In this document: piece by piece, positions 60,790 through 64,000 of the stretch
Layout of the letters: each line of letters starts with the position of its first letter
Position numbering within the stretch: position 1 is the first letter of the stretch
Assembly (NCBI GenBank): GCA_907165135.1
Contig: OU015567.1
Coordinates: 15,314,001-15,378,000, forward strand
Direction: 5' to 3'
Length of the DNA stretch: 64,000 bases
From: Oikopleura dioica
Taxonomy: Eukaryota > Animalia > Chordata
Position numbers and translations under genes: made by a program
The notes under the pieces: generated by a model
Databases searched by the model: none
What the model was told of the DNA's origin: nothing
The model's input: only the letters and a program-made list of their open reading frames with translations

Positions 60790-61996
60790 ATGATTTTCTC
60801 ATCGGAATCGCCTGTTTTTGCGCCAAACTTGAACTCTAATGACGATTTCTTAAAGAGACTCGCTGCTTGCCGCGGACTTGCCAGTGAAGTCAGGAAGGGA
60901 TTTGCTGCCGATGAATTCTTAGTTGGAAAATATGGCAAAATTATAATCTATCGAAAAGGATCGTAGAAGTAGGACCACGGGATGGTCTTCAAAACGAGAA
61001 AAATCATGTGTCAACCGCGCTGAAAGTTGAATTAGTGAACAAGCTTACAGCAGCAGGATGCGATTACATTGAAGCTGGTGCTTTCGTTAGCCCGAAAGCT
61101 GTCCCTAGAATGGCAGACTCCAAGCATGTCTTTCAGCAGATCGAGAGAAGCGACGCTGTTACATACGCTGCCCTCACACCCAATCTAAAGGTATTTCTTC
61201 CCTTTACGAAGTTACAATTCGAGTTTGCCAGAATGCAGTACACGCCTACTAGAGTAGTTTGAACTCTTTACAACTTTTCCACTGTTTATAATGACAAATT
61301 AGGGATTCGAAACAGCGATGGAAGTACACGCGAGTGAAGTCGCAGTTTTCACCGCCGCCTCTGAAGCATTCAACAAAGCAAACATCCGTTGCTCAATTGA
61401 AGAATCCATCGCCCGCTTCGATCCTGTCTTTGAAGCTGCGAAAGAAAACGGCGTCAAAGTACGAGGATACGTGTCCTGCATTGCTGGCTGTCCTTATCAA
61501 GGATGGGTGGATCCTGCAAAGGTCCGGGAAGTCACCCAACTCTTGTTGGAAAAGGGATGCTACGAGGTATCTCTTGGTGACACTATCGGCGTTGGAACTC
61601 CTGGATCGATCGCTGCTGTTTTGAAAGAAGTTCTCGAAACTGTCCAGCCAGGATCTATCGCTCTTCATTTGCATGATACTTACGGTCAAGCTCTTGCAAA
61701 TATTCTTGGTTAGTCTATCTTAGACTTGATAGTTCGTCTACTGTTATTTAGTTGGTCTTCAACACGGTATCAGAACTTTCGACGCCTCTGTCGCTGGACT
61801 CGGCGGATGCCCTTACGCTCCTGGTGCATCTGGAAACGTCGCCACAGAAGATGTTGTTTATATGCTCGACGGACTCGGAATCAAGACAGGCATCAGCCTT
61901 GATGATCTCGTGAAAGTAGGCAATTTCATATCCACTGAATTGGGGCGCATGAACGGCTCCAAAGTAGGCAGAGCGGTGGCAAGCTCCTGTGACTAA
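60790..61996 (+). CDS. HMGCL: Hydroxymethylglutaryl-CoA lyase
   Basis: [16 protein letters not shown] (via a GA-AG intron 60894-60958); FVSPKAVP; GYVSC; [14 protein letters not shown]; [11 protein letters not shown]; [19 protein letters not shown]. Confidence 0.96.
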
Positions 61997-62163
61997 CTTA
62001 TACTCGTACTGCTCTCCATTCTCTTACACTGTTTTTACGCTGGTGAGAGGTCGGTTGTCCTCTGTCTGTTCCGCAAGCTATTAAATATGGCTGATATTTA
62101 TTCTCTTCGAAATTCATAAATAGACGAAAACCTGCCTATCTTGACAACTTGATTATTTGAAGA

Positions 62164-64000
62164 ATGGGTAAAAATGCGGTGGCAAAGGGGAAAATTGCGA
62201 ATAAATTAGCCTCCAAGAAAAACAAAAACCTTCTAAAAGGATCCAACAAGAAAATCCTTGACAAGACGAAAGGTATCGGTGCGAAAGAAACACCCTACAA
62301 TGGACCAAATAAGAAAGTAAAAAGCCTGAAAAATGAGAAGAAAAAGGGGGCACAGAAAATTGTCGAAATGGCAAAACCAAAAGAAGAAGAAGAACTTGTG
62401 CTGCCTGATGCGGATATGATTGATTCTGACCAAGGTATTAAACGATCCGGAACATCTTTTTAATTATGTTTTAGACTCTGATAACGACATGGCTTTCTTG
62501 GACAGCGTGGCGAATAGCAAACAGATCGCCAAGTTACAGAAAGAACGAAAACGACAGCTTGAAAATATTGGCGAGGACTTTGAAACCGGCAAAAGAAGCT
62601 TCGGAGACGAGAAGGAAGATCCTAAGAAGAAGCGAATGTTGCCTGTTTTAAATGCAGAGGGAGACGTAGAAGAGAGATTCAAAGATGTTGATCACGTCCG
62701 ACTCATGGACGAAGAGACGGATAGCGAGGAAGAAGAAGAAACAAAGCCTGATGGAAGTAAAAACTTACGATGGAAGAAGTTCTTGAGCTCCAGAAAAAGC
62801 AGGCGGAGGAGTGGGAGCAGAGATTGGCCAGTATTGCCAACAGAACACTGTCGAATCCAGAGCAACACGCTCATGCTGCTCTTAGATTGGTCATTAAAGC
62901 GCTTCACTTTGATGGAGACCACCAGTATCTTCCGATTAAAATCCGTCAAATGGCCATTCTTACAGCAGGTTAGGCAATTGTAGCGCCTTCGTATGTGACT
63001 AAATATTTTTAGGAGCTGTTTTGACGGATATTCTTCCCTCCTACCGAATCCGAAAGCTGACTGAAGAAGAAAAGAACGAAAAAGTGAAGAAAGATATCCG
63101 CGCGCTAAGAAACTACGAGCAAGGACTTTTGGAATACTACCAGAAATTTCTGAAGCGAATGGAGTACTTCCTCATGCTTTATAAATCGCCTGGAATGTTG
63201 AAGAGAAAAACTGGTGTCCGAAATAGACGTAATTTTGTGGAGGCAGATCCGCTGGAAATTATTTCCAAGCCCGCTAGAGTCGTTATTGCTCGATCAGGAA
63301 ACGATTAAGACATTTTAGTCGGAGTCCCATTTTTAGATCAAATTTCATATCGCTAGAAAAGTTATCAAAGTCATGTCCAAGCTGATGGTCTCAACTCTTC
63401 AATTCAACTTCAACGAAAACATTATCGAAACGCTAATTCCATACATCAACGATACTGACGAAACCATCGGTGAACTCGTTCAAGAAGGAATAGTCGACTT
63501 ACTGAAGACTGACAGGACATCTGAAAAAGTCCTGCTTGTAATTCGAAAACTCGCAGCTGTTGTTAGGTAATCATTAGTTTGCAATCATGGAGGAAAACTT
63601 ATTTTTCGCTAGATCAAAAGGTCAAAAACTGATCCTCGCGTGATGGAATGTCTCTTGCACTTGAAAATCAAGCAAGTTGAAAATCGACAAGGAAAAGACC
63701 ACCGAGACAAAGAAAGAAACAAAATCGACAGAAAAAATGTGTCCAGAGCGCAGAACAAGCAGCGAAAGCGAGAAGCGAAGCTACAAATTGAATTGAAAGA
63801 AACTGAGGCTGTGGAGAACCAAAAAGATCGACTCTACTTCAACTCGCAAGCAATCGAGGCGGTGTTTGGAATATTTTTCAGGATTCTGAAGTCTATCAGA
63901 TGCTCGAAGGTAAAAATAATTAATCAAATTTGAGAGTTAGCTCTTTTTAGCTTTTATCCCCAACATTGATCGGAATCGGCAAATACGGGCATCTTATCAA
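62164..64000 (+). CDS. NOC3L: Nucleolar complex protein 3 homolog (3' truncated by the window; apparent 1-nt frameshift at ~62760)
   Basis: Lys-rich N-terminus; DILPSYRIRKLTEEEKNEKVKKDIRALRNYEQGLLEYYQKFLKRME; FNFNENII; KRKREAKLQIELKETEA. Confidence 0.92.

Overview
Compact, gene-dense eukaryotic (animal) DNA, most consistent with the appendicularian tunicate Oikopleura dioica. This is inferred from the many ~40-70 nt introns, GA-AG introns, co-oriented genes 90-280 bp apart (operon-like) and a Cys-rich/Kelch gene type typical of that genome; it was not checked against a database. Recognisable genes on the minus strand: SLC22-type transporter, ADAMTS9/20 (GON-1-like), RPL8, RPL17, NUP155, SIRT7, an alpha carbonic anhydrase and DMXL/rabconnectin-3a. 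Plus strand: TYMS, HMGCL and NOC3L (runs off the end). Several lower-confidence hypothetical genes are also present. The most striking signal is three non-autonomous hAT-like elements (914 bp, 487 bp, and a 6.2-kb foldback with ~1.5-kb TIRs and inverted 57-bp arrays). All start TAGGG, end CCCTA and are flanked by perfect 8-bp target-site duplications. All three sit inside otherwise intact coding exons (one in ADAMTS, two in the same DMXL exon), and each TIR offers an AG acceptor that could restore the frame. They are candidate transposon-derived new introns (introners), or else recent gene-disrupting alleles. Other items: further MITEs, intronic TTAGGG arrays, a candidate structured ncRNA just downstream of RPL8, and two homopolymer frameshifts that look like assembly errors. 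Gene boundaries were assembled by eye and are approximate where stated.
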